Assembly: GCA_965243415.1 (NCBI GenBank)
Contig: OZ251549.1
Coordinates: forward strand, 2,290,239 to 2,354,238
From: Candidatus Marinacidobacterium sp.
GTDB lineage: Bacteria > Acidobacteriota > Vicinamibacteria > Marinacidobacterales > Marinacidobacteraceae
Direction of reading: 5' to 3'
DNA: 64,000 nt
Part shown: positions 48,754-58,101 of the stretch, piece by piece
Position numbering within the stretch: the first letter of the stretch is position 1
Layout of the letters: each line of letters starts with the position of its first letter
Made by a program: the position numbers and the translations under genes
Notes under the pieces: model-generated
The model's database searches: none
The model's input: only the letters and a program-made list of their open reading frames with translations
Told to the model about the DNA's origin: nothing

Positions 48754-49554
48754 ATGAGCGTTCGCATCGGGGGCGGGCGGCTCGCCGGCCGGGAGTTGCT
48801 CGGACCGCCTTCCCTCCGGCGGCGCCGGCCCGGAGCGGCGGCGCGGCGGTCGGGCGGCGAGACCCGACCGGCGGCGGCGCGGCTGCGGAAGAGCCTCTTC
48901 GCGGTGCTCGCCGACGAGATCCCGGGGGCCCGGGTGCTCGATGTCTGCGCCGGCGTCGGCGCCCTGGGCTTCGAGGCGCTCTCCCGGGGCGCGGCGCACT
49001 GCGTCTTCGTCGAGCGGTCGCGCGGGGTCGCCGAGCGGTTGGGTCGGAGCGCCCTCCGGCTGGGACTCGCCGGCGCGGACCTCCGGGTGGGGCCGGCGGA
49101 GCGGCTGCTGCCGGCGCTCCGGCGGCGCGGCGGGCGGTTCGACCTGGTGTTCCTCGACCCGCCCTGGAAGGACTGGGACGAAGGGCCGGCCCCGGCGCTG
49201 CGCCTGCTCGCCGGCGCCGCCGCCCTCCGCCCGGCCCTCCTGGTGGCCCTGCACCGCGCTACGCAGTCGCTCCCCGCCGAAGTCCGGGAGCGGAACGGGC
49301 CGGGAATCGGGCCGGGATTCGGGGCGGAGACCGCGGCGGGGACGGACTCGGCCCCGGGAGCGGAGGCCGCGTACCGGCGCGTCCGCACCACCGCGGCTGG
49401 GGACGGGGCGTTCAGCCTGTACCGCCCGCCCGAACCGGAAGCCGCCGCGGTCGGCCCTCCCGCCTCCGAGGCTGCCGCCCCGGGAATTCCCGAGTCCGGG
49501 GAGACCCGATCGGGAACGGACCGGGCGGAAACCAGGCTCACAACCGTTTCTTGA
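48754..49554 (+). CDS. rsmD: 16S rRNA (guanine966-N2)-methyltransferase RsmD with C-terminal extension
   Basis: ATG 48754. RPAAARLRKSLFAVL, VLDVCAGVGALGFEALSRGA, DLVFLDPPW. rsmD-coaD synteny. Confidence 0.85.
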   Translation: MSVRIGGGRLAGRELLGPPSLRRRRPGAAARRSGGETRPAAARLRKSLFAVLADEIPGARVLDVCAGVGALGFEALSRGAAHCVFVERSRGVAERLGRSALRLGLAGADLRVGPAERLLPALRRRGGRFDLVFLDPPWKDWDEGPAPALRLLAGAAALRPALLVALHRATQSLPAEVRERNGPGIGPGFGAETAAGTDSAPGAEAAYRRVRTTAAGDGAFSLYRPPEPEAAAVGPPASEAAAPGIPESGETRSGTDRAETRLTTVS

Positions 49555-49576
49555 ACGGATGTCCAAGAATATCTGC

Positions 49577-49595
49577 CCGCTGAAAGGCGGTTTTT
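49577..49595 (+). terminator. weak intrinsic terminator candidate
   Basis: CCGC-TGAAAG-GCGG followed by TTTTT just after the rsmD stop. The T5 run is unusual in this GC background, but the stem is only 4 bp. Confidence 0.3.
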
Positions 49596-49670
49596 CGGCC
49601 CGATTCGGATAAGTCGTGTTTTCGGGGCGTCGGCCGGGCTCCGAAACGCCTCTTCCGGGGGCTCTTCCCT

Positions 49671-50264
49671 GTGTTAGGTTTCGCCCGCGCCGGCGCCTGC
49701 CGCGTCGCCCGCCCTTTGAGTTCCGCTTCGCCCGCCGGCCGCGTCGCCATCTGCCCCGGGTCCTTCGACCCGCTCACCCTCGGCCATGTGGACATCATCC
49801 GCCGGGCCGCGCGCCTGTTCGACCGGGTGGTCGTCTCGGTGCTGCAGAACACCGGCAAGACCCCCCTCTTCGGCGTCGGCGAGCGGATCGACCTGATCCG
49901 CGCCACCTTCCGCGACGATCCCCGGGTCGAAGCCGCCTCGTTCTCCGGGCTCCTGGTGGACTACGCCCGGGAGTGCGGCGCCGCCGCCATCGTGCGCGGC
50001 ATCCGGGCGCTCTCGGACTTCGAGTACGAGTTCCAGATGGCCCTCATGAACCGGCGGCTCGCGCCCCAGGTGGAGACCGTGTTCCTGACGCCGGCGGAGG
50101 AGTACTTCTATGTGAGTTCCCGGCTCATCAAGGAGATCGCCGCCCTCTCCGGCGATGTCTCCGGCCTGGTCCCGGAGCCGGTGGCCGCCGGACTCCGGCG
50201 AAAATTCCCGCCCGCCGCCCCCGCCGCGCCGGCGACCGACCCCGACCCCCGCTCCGCTCCCTGA
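49671..50264 (+). CDS. coaD: phosphopantetheine adenylyltransferase (start probably internal)
   Basis: VAICPGSFDPLTLGHVDII, AIVRGIRALSDFEYE. Confidence 0.88.
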   Translation: MLGFARAGACRVARPLSSASPAGRVAICPGSFDPLTLGHVDIIRRAARLFDRVVVSVLQNTGKTPLFGVGERIDLIRATFRDDPRVEAASFSGLLVDYARECGAAAIVRGIRALSDFEYEFQMALMNRRLAPQVETVFLTPAEEYFYVSSRLIKEIAALSGDVSGLVPEPVAAGLRRKFPPAAPAAPATDPDPRSAP

Positions 50265-50287
50265 CGATCGAAGGAGACCGACCGCCC

Positions 50288-51478
50288 ATGGCCCCGACCG
50301 CCCCGCCCCTCGCCGCGCGAGTTCGCGCCATCGCCCCCTCGCCGACCATGGCGGTCATGGCCGAGGCCCTGCGCCTCAAGGCCGCCGGCGAGGATGTGGT
50401 GGATTTCTCTGCCGGCCAGCCGGACTTCGACACCCCCGAAGTGGCGCGCGCCGCCGGCAAGGACGCCATAGATACCGGCTACACGCGCTACACGCCGAAC
50501 CCGGGGGCGCCGGAACTCCGGGAAGCGGTGGCGGCGAGTTACGGCCGGGACTTCGGCCTCGACTACGGCCCCGCCCAGGTGCTCATCACCAGCGGCGGCA
50601 AGCACGCCCTCACCGGCCTGCTCCTCGCCACCTGCGAGGAAGGCGACGAGGTGCTGCTCTCGACTCCCTACTGGCCGACCTTCCCGGAGCAGGTCAAGAT
50701 CGTGGGCGCCACCCCGGTCATCGCCCCCACCGCCGCGGAGGACGGCTTCCGCCCCACTCGGAAGAGCATGGAGCCGGCGATCACCGACCGCACCCGGCTC
50801 ATCATCCTGAACATCCCCGGCAACCCCTCCGGGGTGGTGCTGCCCCCCGCCGAACTGGAAGCGGTGGCGAAACTGGCGTTCGAAGCCGACGCCTACCTGC
50901 TCTGGGACGACACCTACGCCCGACTCACCTTCGAGCCGCCCCCGGAGGGCGCCTACCGCCGGATGGCCGACCTCCTGGGCCACCGCTTCCTGATCGCCGG
51001 CGGCGCCTCGAAGTCCTACGCCATGACCGGCTGGCGCCTGGGCTGGGCGCTCGGCGACGCCGCCATCATCAAGGGCGCCGCCTCGCTCCAGAGCCAGATG
51101 ACCTCGAACGCCTGCTCCATCTCCCAGCGCGCCGCCCTCGCCGCCGTGCAGGAGGACCCGGCGGAGTTCGCCTGGATGACGCGGGAGTTCGCCCGGCGCT
51201 CGGAACGGATGCGGAACCTCCTGCTGCAGATCGAGGGCGTCCGCTGCGCCGCCCCCGACGGCGGCTTCTACCTGTTCCCGGACTTCGCCGCCCGGTTGGG
51301 GGACGGCGAGGGATCGCAGGACCTCGCGACCGCACTGCTCACCTCGGAACGGGTCGCCACCGTCCCCGGCGCCGCCTTCGGCTGCGACACCCACCTCCGG
51401 TTCAGTTACGCCACCTCCGACGAACAGATCGACAAGGGCCTGGCCCGCGTCCACTCCTTCTTCGCCCGCCGCGGCTGA
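50288..51478 (+). CDS. PLP-dependent aminotransferase class I (aspartate aminotransferase-like)
   Basis: ATG 50288. 396 aa. YTPNPG, NPSGVV, SKSYAMTGWRLGW (Lys for PLP). Confidence 0.9.
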   Translation: MAPTAPPLAARVRAIAPSPTMAVMAEALRLKAAGEDVVDFSAGQPDFDTPEVARAAGKDAIDTGYTRYTPNPGAPELREAVAASYGRDFGLDYGPAQVLITSGGKHALTGLLLATCEEGDEVLLSTPYWPTFPEQVKIVGATPVIAPTAAEDGFRPTRKSMEPAITDRTRLIILNIPGNPSGVVLPPAELEAVAKLAFEADAYLLWDDTYARLTFEPPPEGAYRRMADLLGHRFLIAGGASKSYAMTGWRLGWALGDAAIIKGAASLQSQMTSNACSISQRAALAAVQEDPAEFAWMTREFARRSERMRNLLLQIEGVRCAAPDGGFYLFPDFAARLGDGEGSQDLATALLTSERVATVPGAAFGCDTHLRFSYATSDEQIDKGLARVHSFFARRG

Positions 51479-51519
51479 TCCTCGGTCGGCCTCTACGCGC
51501 ACCTACCACACCGACACCG

Positions 51520-54150
51520 ATGACGGGCATCTACGACTGGGTCCCCTGGTTCCGGGCCTTGTCCGCGAGGATCGTGGAAGTCGGTGAGCAGGGCCTCATC
51601 GATCGGGCCCAGGAGGTGGACTGGGGGGCGAAGAAGCCGACGCTGTCGAAGTTCGGTTTTGACCAGATCGACCCACTGTCGTTGGTGTATTTCCTCTCCT
51701 CGAAGAACGGCAACTACGCCGTCTTCGAGTCAGTACATCGCACCTTTGAGATCGACACGCCTCTACCTGACCAGACGATGCCAGAGGCGTGGGTGTTTCC
51801 GGTGGCCATGCCTCTCAAGGCGAATTTCTTCGGCAAGGACGGACCACCAAAGCCGAATTTGTTCTGGCGCCTGTTTCGACAGGTGCAGCCGGATGAGCCT
51901 ACGCTCGACGACGTCACATTCCAAGGGGCTCTCCAAATCAAGGGGCTCGGCGTCGCCATGCTGACGCAGGCGATGTGCTTGGTGAATCCCTACCGCTTCC
52001 TTCCGATCGACGACTTCACGAGGCCGCTCATCGGACAGTTTCCGGCAGCGGATATCCTCAAGAAGGGCAAGGCGGCGCTGAAGGACATCATCACACTTGA
52101 CAACTACACGGCGATCATGTGTGGCGTTCGAGACGTGTTCCGGGGTTGCGAACTCTACGAAATCGGTAGATTCCTCTACGAACACGGGAAAAAGAAGAAG
52201 GGGCTCGTCACCAAGAAGTCGACCTATTTCCACATTACCACGAGACTGCACGGAGACAAAGGAGACGACGCCTGGAATGAATTCGATCAGGAGAACGCGG
52301 TCCGAACAAGCGGCCAAGCCCCCCGCGTTCCGTTCGGCAAACTGTTGCCAGACGGCACAGAACCCTATCCGTTGGAGGAGCCGAGACCGGGCGACATCAT
52401 GCTGGTCCGATGCGGCGTGCACGAGGGGCGTGGAGTCGGCGTCGTGGTTCGCAACGACTTTGCGTTGCCGGGCGACCTCAGGGCCGAGAGTCGAATCCAT
52501 GTCCTCTGGATCAACAAGGCCCGTTCCCGTCTGTCCGGTCAGACGGAGCGGTCTGCCATGGGTGAGATCAGAAAGCAGAAGAAAGCGACGTTCTGCGCCT
52601 TCTCGAACGCGAAGGCGTACGAGCCCACGTTCAAGATCCTGCGGGTGCGATTCGAAGTGCCGGACCCAGTAGAATGCAAAGGCGAGGAGCCGAACGGGCC
52701 AGTGGTGACACATTCTCGGAACCAGATCCTCTACGGGCCCCCAGGGACGGGGAAGACTTGGAACACAGTGTCACTTGCGGTGGCGATCGCCGACGGCCGG
52801 GCTGTGGTCGAGGTGGAATCGGACGGGCGGGAGTGCGTGAAGGCACGGTTCGATGAACTCCGGGGGGCGGGGCAGGTCGCCATGGCAACGTTCCACCAGA
52901 ACTACGCGTACGAGGACTTCATCGAGGGCATCCGTCCCGTCGTGGAAGACGATGCCGATGACGGCGTGGCGTTCGAATTGCGTCGCGGGGTGTTTCGGAT
53001 TCTGGCGGAGCGGGCAGCGGAGAATCTGCGGGACTCGAGGATGTCCGGCGACGACTCTTGGAAGACGGAGGACGTCCTCCGGAAGTTTCTGGAGTGGGTG
53101 GACGAGACGACGGAGGGAGAAGAGCGGATTCCGTTGTACCGGAGCGGAAAGGTCGAGCTCTTCATCTATGGGGTCTACGAAGGGAAGAGCGGGGATGTGG
53201 CCGGCGTCCGGATCGGCGGGACGACGGACCAGAAACTGTCCTGGAAGGTTCTGGCTCGTGACTATCCCCCGTTCCGGAGAGGACTGATCACTTCCTATCA
53301 GGACATCAAGCCTACGAAACCGTCGAAGAGCCCATGGTTCGGGCAGGCCATCTATGCGTACGAGGTGTTGAAGAAGATGGGAGAGTTCCACGAACAGCAC
53401 CGAGACGAATTGGAACGCGAGAGGACGGAGAGGCGCAATTTCGTTCTCATCATCGATGAGATCAATCGGGGGAACATCGCCCGGATCTTCGGGGAACTCA
53501 TCACTCTGCTGGAGGAGTCGCGGCGCATCGGATGCAGTGACGAGACAAGAGTGGTGCTGCCCTATTCCGGAGAGGAGTTCGGAGTGCCCGAGAATCTGTA
53601 CGTCATCGGGACGATGAACACGGCGGACCGGTCTATCGCGCTTCTCGACACTGCACTCCGGAGACGCTTCGAGTTCGTGGAGATGATGCCGAGGGCGGAC
53701 CACGAGGGTGTGTCGGGAAAAGTTGATGGAGTCGACTGCCAGCGGCTGTTGGAATCCATGAACCGGAGGATCCGGTTCCTTCTCGACCGGGAGCACCAGA
53801 TCGGCCACACCTATCTCTTGGGTGTGAAGAACATCGTGGATCTGAAAAAGGCCTTCCAGAAGCAGATTCTGCCACTCCTGCAGGAGTACTTCTACGACAA
53901 CTGGGCGAAGATCAAGGCGGTACTTGGTGCCAGCGGCTTCATCAAGACCGTGGACCGCCCGGGGGAATTGAGTACGGAACTGGTGGACGCCGACCAGAAA
54001 GCCTACGATGTCTTGGCGTACACGGATGAGAAGTGGGAGGAGCCGGCCTCCTACAGGAAGATCTACGACGAGAAGGCCGGTGCGGACCAGAAGGTGCCGG
54101 AGGCCGAGCCGGAGCAGGGGGCGGAGACGGGTGGCACTGCCGGCGGATGA
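51520..54150 (+). CDS. mcrB: McrB-family GTP-dependent restriction AAA+ subunit, with long unassigned N-terminal region
   Basis: ATG 51520. GPPGTGKT, FHQNYAYEDFIEG, IIDEINRGN, IGTMNTADRS, LRRRFEF. GC visibly lower than the flanks. Confidence 0.9.
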   Translation: MTGIYDWVPWFRALSARIVEVGEQGLIDRAQEVDWGAKKPTLSKFGFDQIDPLSLVYFLSSKNGNYAVFESVHRTFEIDTPLPDQTMPEAWVFPVAMPLKANFFGKDGPPKPNLFWRLFRQVQPDEPTLDDVTFQGALQIKGLGVAMLTQAMCLVNPYRFLPIDDFTRPLIGQFPAADILKKGKAALKDIITLDNYTAIMCGVRDVFRGCELYEIGRFLYEHGKKKKGLVTKKSTYFHITTRLHGDKGDDAWNEFDQENAVRTSGQAPRVPFGKLLPDGTEPYPLEEPRPGDIMLVRCGVHEGRGVGVVVRNDFALPGDLRAESRIHVLWINKARSRLSGQTERSAMGEIRKQKKATFCAFSNAKAYEPTFKILRVRFEVPDPVECKGEEPNGPVVTHSRNQILYGPPGTGKTWNTVSLAVAIADGRAVVEVESDGRECVKARFDELRGAGQVAMATFHQNYAYEDFIEGIRPVVEDDADDGVAFELRRGVFRILAERAAENLRDSRMSGDDSWKTEDVLRKFLEWVDETTEGEERIPLYRSGKVELFIYGVYEGKSGDVAGVRIGGTTDQKLSWKVLARDYPPFRRGLITSYQDIKPTKPSKSPWFGQAIYAYEVLKKMGEFHEQHRDELERERTERRNFVLIIDEINRGNIARIFGELITLLEESRRIGCSDETRVVLPYSGEEFGVPENLYVIGTMNTADRSIALLDTALRRRFEFVEMMPRADHEGVSGKVDGVDCQRLLESMNRRIRFLLDREHQIGHTYLLGVKNIVDLKKAFQKQILPLLQEYFYDNWAKIKAVLGASGFIKTVDRPGELSTELVDADQKAYDVLAYTDEKWEEPASYRKIYDEKAGADQKVPEAEPEQGAETGGTAGG

Positions 54151-55418
54151 CTGAGAAGGTAGTTCGGGAGTACGAGAAGATCACCGGACTCGACGAGGAG
54201 GAGACGAGGGCGCTGAGGGGACTGGCGCTTGAGGAGCAGAGGGAAGCGTCGGGCAACTACCGGCGAGTGCTCTCGGTTCGGAGGGACGGCATCTACGCGG
54301 CGAACTATGTGGGCATCGTCGAGGTCAGTCGGAGGACGACGCTCCTGATCCTGCCGAAGGTGGACCTCGCCGAGACGAAGGGCGAGGGGAAGGGCGACGC
54401 GACGAAGGATGCTTTTCTCGGGATGCTGCGGGACTGGCGGGGGCTTCGGGACGCTCGATTCCCGGAGGCTGCGATCAAGGATGTCAGGCGGTTCGAGATG
54501 TGGGAGGCGTTCTACTTCCTCTTCCTGCAGAGCGTCGTTCGGTTGGCGCAGCGGGGGTTGGCGCGGCGCTACCGGACGGTGGAGAACAACCTGCCGTTCC
54601 TGCGGGGGCGCATCCGGTTTCCGGAACACCTGCGTCAGAACGCGGTGAACCGGGCGCGGTTCTTCGTGGGCTACGACGAGTTCTCGGCGGACCGTCCGGC
54701 GAACCGGCTCATCCGAACGGTGCTGGACCTCTTGGCGGTGCGGGCGCGCCGGCCGAGGAACCAGCAACTGATCCACGGGCTCCGGGTGGTGTTCGCCGAC
54801 ATCCCCGCGTCTTCGCAGCCGGCGGTGGACTGGGATCGGCGCTTGGTGGATCGCTCGATGCGCCATTACCGGGAGGTGCTGCCCTGGGTCGGCCTTCTCC
54901 TGTTCCAACACGGTCTCGCCACCTTCTCCGGGGAACACCGGAATCGGGCGCTGCTCTTCCCGATGGAGGAGGTCTTCGAAGACTTCGTCACGGCCTCGGT
55001 GCGCCGGCATCAGGCGGGTTACGACATGCGCTCGCAGGGGCCGATGCGACCGCTGGCGAAGACCGGCGGCGGGAAGAATGTGTTCTACATGATGCCCGAC
55101 ATCACCCTGATGGAGGGCCGAACGCCGAAGTACATCCTCGATGCGAAGTGGAAGCGGCTCGAGGCGGCGGCCGACGATCCGAAGATGGGGATCGCCCAGT
55201 CCGATCTCTACCAGTTGTTCGCTTACGGCAAGAAGTACCGTGTGCCGAAAGTGGCGCTGGTCTATCCGCGAACCGAGAAGTTCTGCGCTCCCGTTCGGTA
55301 CACGCTCGACGACGATCTGCGCCTGGTGTGCTTCCCCTTCGATGTGACGAAGCCCAGGGAGAGCGTCGGGGAATTGCTGGGTTCCCTCCGGCAGGAGGAA
55401 TCGGCAGCGGCCGCCTGA
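54147..55418 (+). CDS. mcrC: McrC-family restriction endonuclease subunit
   Basis: ATG 54147 overlaps the mcrB stop (ATGA). PD-(D/E)xK-like MPDITL..YILDAKWK. 423 aa. Confidence 0.88.
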   Translation: MTEKVVREYEKITGLDEEETRALRGLALEEQREASGNYRRVLSVRRDGIYAANYVGIVEVSRRTTLLILPKVDLAETKGEGKGDATKDAFLGMLRDWRGLRDARFPEAAIKDVRRFEMWEAFYFLFLQSVVRLAQRGLARRYRTVENNLPFLRGRIRFPEHLRQNAVNRARFFVGYDEFSADRPANRLIRTVLDLLAVRARRPRNQQLIHGLRVVFADIPASSQPAVDWDRRLVDRSMRHYREVLPWVGLLLFQHGLATFSGEHRNRALLFPMEEVFEDFVTASVRRHQAGYDMRSQGPMRPLAKTGGGKNVFYMMPDITLMEGRTPKYILDAKWKRLEAAADDPKMGIAQSDLYQLFAYGKKYRVPKVALVYPRTEKFCAPVRYTLDDDLRLVCFPFDVTKPRESVGELLGSLRQEESAAAA

Positions 55419-55432
55419 CGGCCGGTCGTGCC

Positions 55433-56983
55433 TCAGTCCATTCCCGTGGTCGCCGGTTCCGGGAGGAAGAGGTGGCGGGGGGCGAAGAGGAAGCGGTAGG
55501 GGCGGTTGCGGGAGCGGTCGTCGGGGCGGACCGGAAGCAGCAGGGGCGAGCGGGCGATCTTCACGCGCGCGGAGTTCCGGGTGGCCCCGGCGGCGAGGAG
55601 CGCGGCCAGGATCTCGGTGCGGGGGAGCACGCGGCCGTGCGTGGCCGAGAGGCGGGCGAGCGCCAGGTCGAAGCGCGCCGGCGGGAACCAGGCGACTCCC
55701 GACGGACGCCGCAGGGCGCCGGGGGTCACCTCGAAGAGTCCCGACTGCGCCGCGATGCCGCGGAGCACCGGTTCCGGGACCGGGCGCCGCTGCAGCGCGC
55801 GGGTCCGGGCCAGCGCCGGGAGGAGCGTCTCCGGGCGCGCTTCGACGCCCACCGTGAAGATGCGGCAGAGAGCGGCGAGCACCGAGTTGCCGATGTTCTC
55901 CGGGTGCCGCGGGGGCAGGGGCGGCCGGCGCCAGAAGTACCGTCCCGACGGACCGAGGAAATCCCAGTGGACGCTCGCTTCGAGGACCCGGCGGAGCCGC
56001 GCGGTCTCCGGTCCGGTCAGACCCCGGGTGACCGCGGCCCATTCGTGCCACGGCGCCGGCGGCGTCGCGTCGAGCCAGCGGACGGTTTCGACGACGGCAT
56101 CCGCTTCTTCCGGGTCGTCCGGCGTCACCCACATCGTCCGCGCGGTGGCCCGGAACCGGAAGGGGAAGTCGAGCCCGAAGACCGCCGCCGTCCGGCGCAG
56201 CGTCTCCCCGATCTCCTCCGGTCGGCGGGAGTCCGGTTCGTAGCCGAAATGCGCCAGGAACGCCGGCAGCGGCTGGGGGGTCCGCTCCCGCGCTTCCGCC
56301 AGCGCGCCCTCCCAGTGGCGGAAGCGAACCCGCCCGGCGACCCGGGCCAGGGCTTCCCGACCCTCGGCGATCGCGAGCCGCGCCCGCTCCCGGCTGGGCG
56401 CCGTGCGGCAGCCGGGGTCCCGGGCCGCGTCGGCGATGTGCCGGAGGCTCCGCGACGGGCTCCCGTCGATCCGGCTGTACTCGACGAAGGCGTCCGCCGC
56501 CAGCGCTCCGGCGGCCTCCCGGACCACCGACTTCACGACGGCGGTGAGTTCCTCCCGGAAGTCGCGCGCCGAGGCCGGCGCCGTGATCGCCTCGCCCTCC
56601 GGAGCGCTGTCGCGTTCGGCGGAGCGATGGCGTCCGGCTTCGGTCTCCGCGGCTCCGGTCTCCGCGGTTCCGGACTCCGTGGGGAGGTTCCGGCGCCGCC
56701 GCGGGTGCAGGAGGCCTTCCGGCGCGAGGCCGCAGTCGAAGGTGTCCGGCGCGGTGGAATCCGGGCCGCCCGGGTCGAAGTTCGGCCAGGCGTAGCGGTG
56801 CGGCGGTTCTTCCCGGAGGACGAAACCCGCCGCCGGAACCCGCAGCGGCCCCGGCAGGCCCCGGAACTCCCCGTCGCCCGGCCGCTCCGGCCACCCGAAG
56901 TCCGACAGCGCGACGACCCGCGCTCCGGCGGCAGCGATTCCCCGCTCCGCGGCCGGCCGCCGGGTCAGCGGCCCAGTTGCCAC
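55433..56983 (-). CDS. hypothetical protein (516 aa)
   Basis: Long ORF with mostly ordinary composition after residue 130. Last gene of the minus-strand string 61489->55433. High GC. Confidence 0.55.
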   Translation of the reverse strand: MATGPLTRRPAAERGIAAAGARVVALSDFGWPERPGDGEFRGLPGPLRVPAAGFVLREEPPHRYAWPNFDPGGPDSTAPDTFDCGLAPEGLLHPRRRRNLPTESGTAETGAAETEAGRHRSAERDSAPEGEAITAPASARDFREELTAVVKSVVREAAGALAADAFVEYSRIDGSPSRSLRHIADAARDPGCRTAPSRERARLAIAEGREALARVAGRVRFRHWEGALAEARERTPQPLPAFLAHFGYEPDSRRPEEIGETLRRTAAVFGLDFPFRFRATARTMWVTPDDPEEADAVVETVRWLDATPPAPWHEWAAVTRGLTGPETARLRRVLEASVHWDFLGPSGRYFWRRPPLPPRHPENIGNSVLAALCRIFTVGVEARPETLLPALARTRALQRRPVPEPVLRGIAAQSGLFEVTPGALRRPSGVAWFPPARFDLALARLSATHGRVLPRTEILAALLAAGATRNSARVKIARSPLLLPVRPDDRSRNRPYRFLFAPRHLFLPEPATTGMD

Positions 56984-58095
56984 TTCCGCACCGCCCGGTT
57001 GTGTTCCCGCAGCGACCGCGAGAACTGGTGGGTCCCGTCACCCCGGGAGACGAAGTAGAGGAAGTCGCTCTCCTCCCGGGCCAGCACCGCGTCGAGCGCG
57101 GCGGTCCCGAAAGAGGCGATGGGGCCCGGCGGGATGCCGCGGACGCGGTAGGTGTTGTAGGACGAGGCGAGGTCCAGGTCGCGCTTCCGGATGTTGTTCC
57201 CGTAGTCCCCGGCGCGGCGCATGGCGAACAGGATCGTGGGGTCCGACTGCAGCGGCATCCCGATCCGCAGCCGGTTCCAGAAGACGGAGGCCACCGGGCC
57301 GCGCTCGCCGGCGCTGCCGGTCTCCTTCTCCACGATGGAGGCCAGCGTGGCCAACTCGGCCAGCGAGCGCCCGGTGGCCTCCGCCGCCGCCTGCCGCTCC
57401 TCGTTCCAGAGCGCGCGGAACTGCCCGACCAGGATCCCGGCGATCACCTGCGGACTGGCCTCCGGCGGCAGGCGGTAGGTGCTGGGGAAGAGGTATCCCT
57501 CGAGCGTCTCGGCCCCGGGGGCGAGATCGCCGATCAGCCGCTCGGCGGCCACCGGGTCGGCGAACACCGCCCGGAGCGCCGCTTCCTCACCGGCGCCCTG
57601 TTCCGCCAGACTGCGGGCAGTCTCCTCCAGGTCGAGTCCTTCGGGGATCGTGACCCGGCGCGTGGCTACCCGCCCGCTGGCGAGCGTCTCCAGCACCTCC
57701 GCCGGCGTCAGCGGGCCCTCGAAGCGGTAGAGGCCGGCCTGCAGGCGGCTGTCCAGTCCGCGTTCGCGCGCCCCGTGGAGGAAAACCCGGCGGTCGGCGA
57801 CGATGCCGGAGGCCTCCAGCCGGACCGCGACCGACTCGGCGTTGGAGCCGCGCCCCACCCGGAAGGACACCGGTCGGTCGGGGCCCGCGAACGGCTCCCC
57901 GAGGGCCCGTGCCATCCGCGCCGACCGGGCGGTGTCCGCGACCAGCGCCGCGCCGGCCGCGAGGACGAGGAGCGCTCCCGCCCCGAGAGCGAGCCGCCGC
58001 GGCGAGAGCCGCCGGGAGCGACGGGCCGGGTTCGTCCGGGGGCTGCCCGGCGGGGGGCGCGGAGCGGGCGTCCCCGGAGGGGGAACCGCTGCCAC
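56965..58095 (-). CDS. mltG: endolytic murein transglycosylase MltG (YceG family)
   Basis: 376 aa. N-terminal TM. VASVFWNRLRIGMPLQSDPT, YNTYRVRGIPPGPIASFG. Confidence 0.9.
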   Translation of the reverse strand: MAAVPPPGTPAPRPPPGSPRTNPARRSRRLSPRRLALGAGALLVLAAGAALVADTARSARMARALGEPFAGPDRPVSFRVGRGSNAESVAVRLEASGIVADRRVFLHGARERGLDSRLQAGLYRFEGPLTPAEVLETLASGRVATRRVTIPEGLDLEETARSLAEQGAGEEAALRAVFADPVAAERLIGDLAPGAETLEGYLFPSTYRLPPEASPQVIAGILVGQFRALWNEERQAAAEATGRSLAELATLASIVEKETGSAGERGPVASVFWNRLRIGMPLQSDPTILFAMRRAGDYGNNIRKRDLDLASSYNTYRVRGIPPGPIASFGTAALDAVLAREESDFLYFVSRGDGTHQFSRSLREHNRAVRKWQLGR

Positions 58096-58101
58096 GGGGC
58101 G

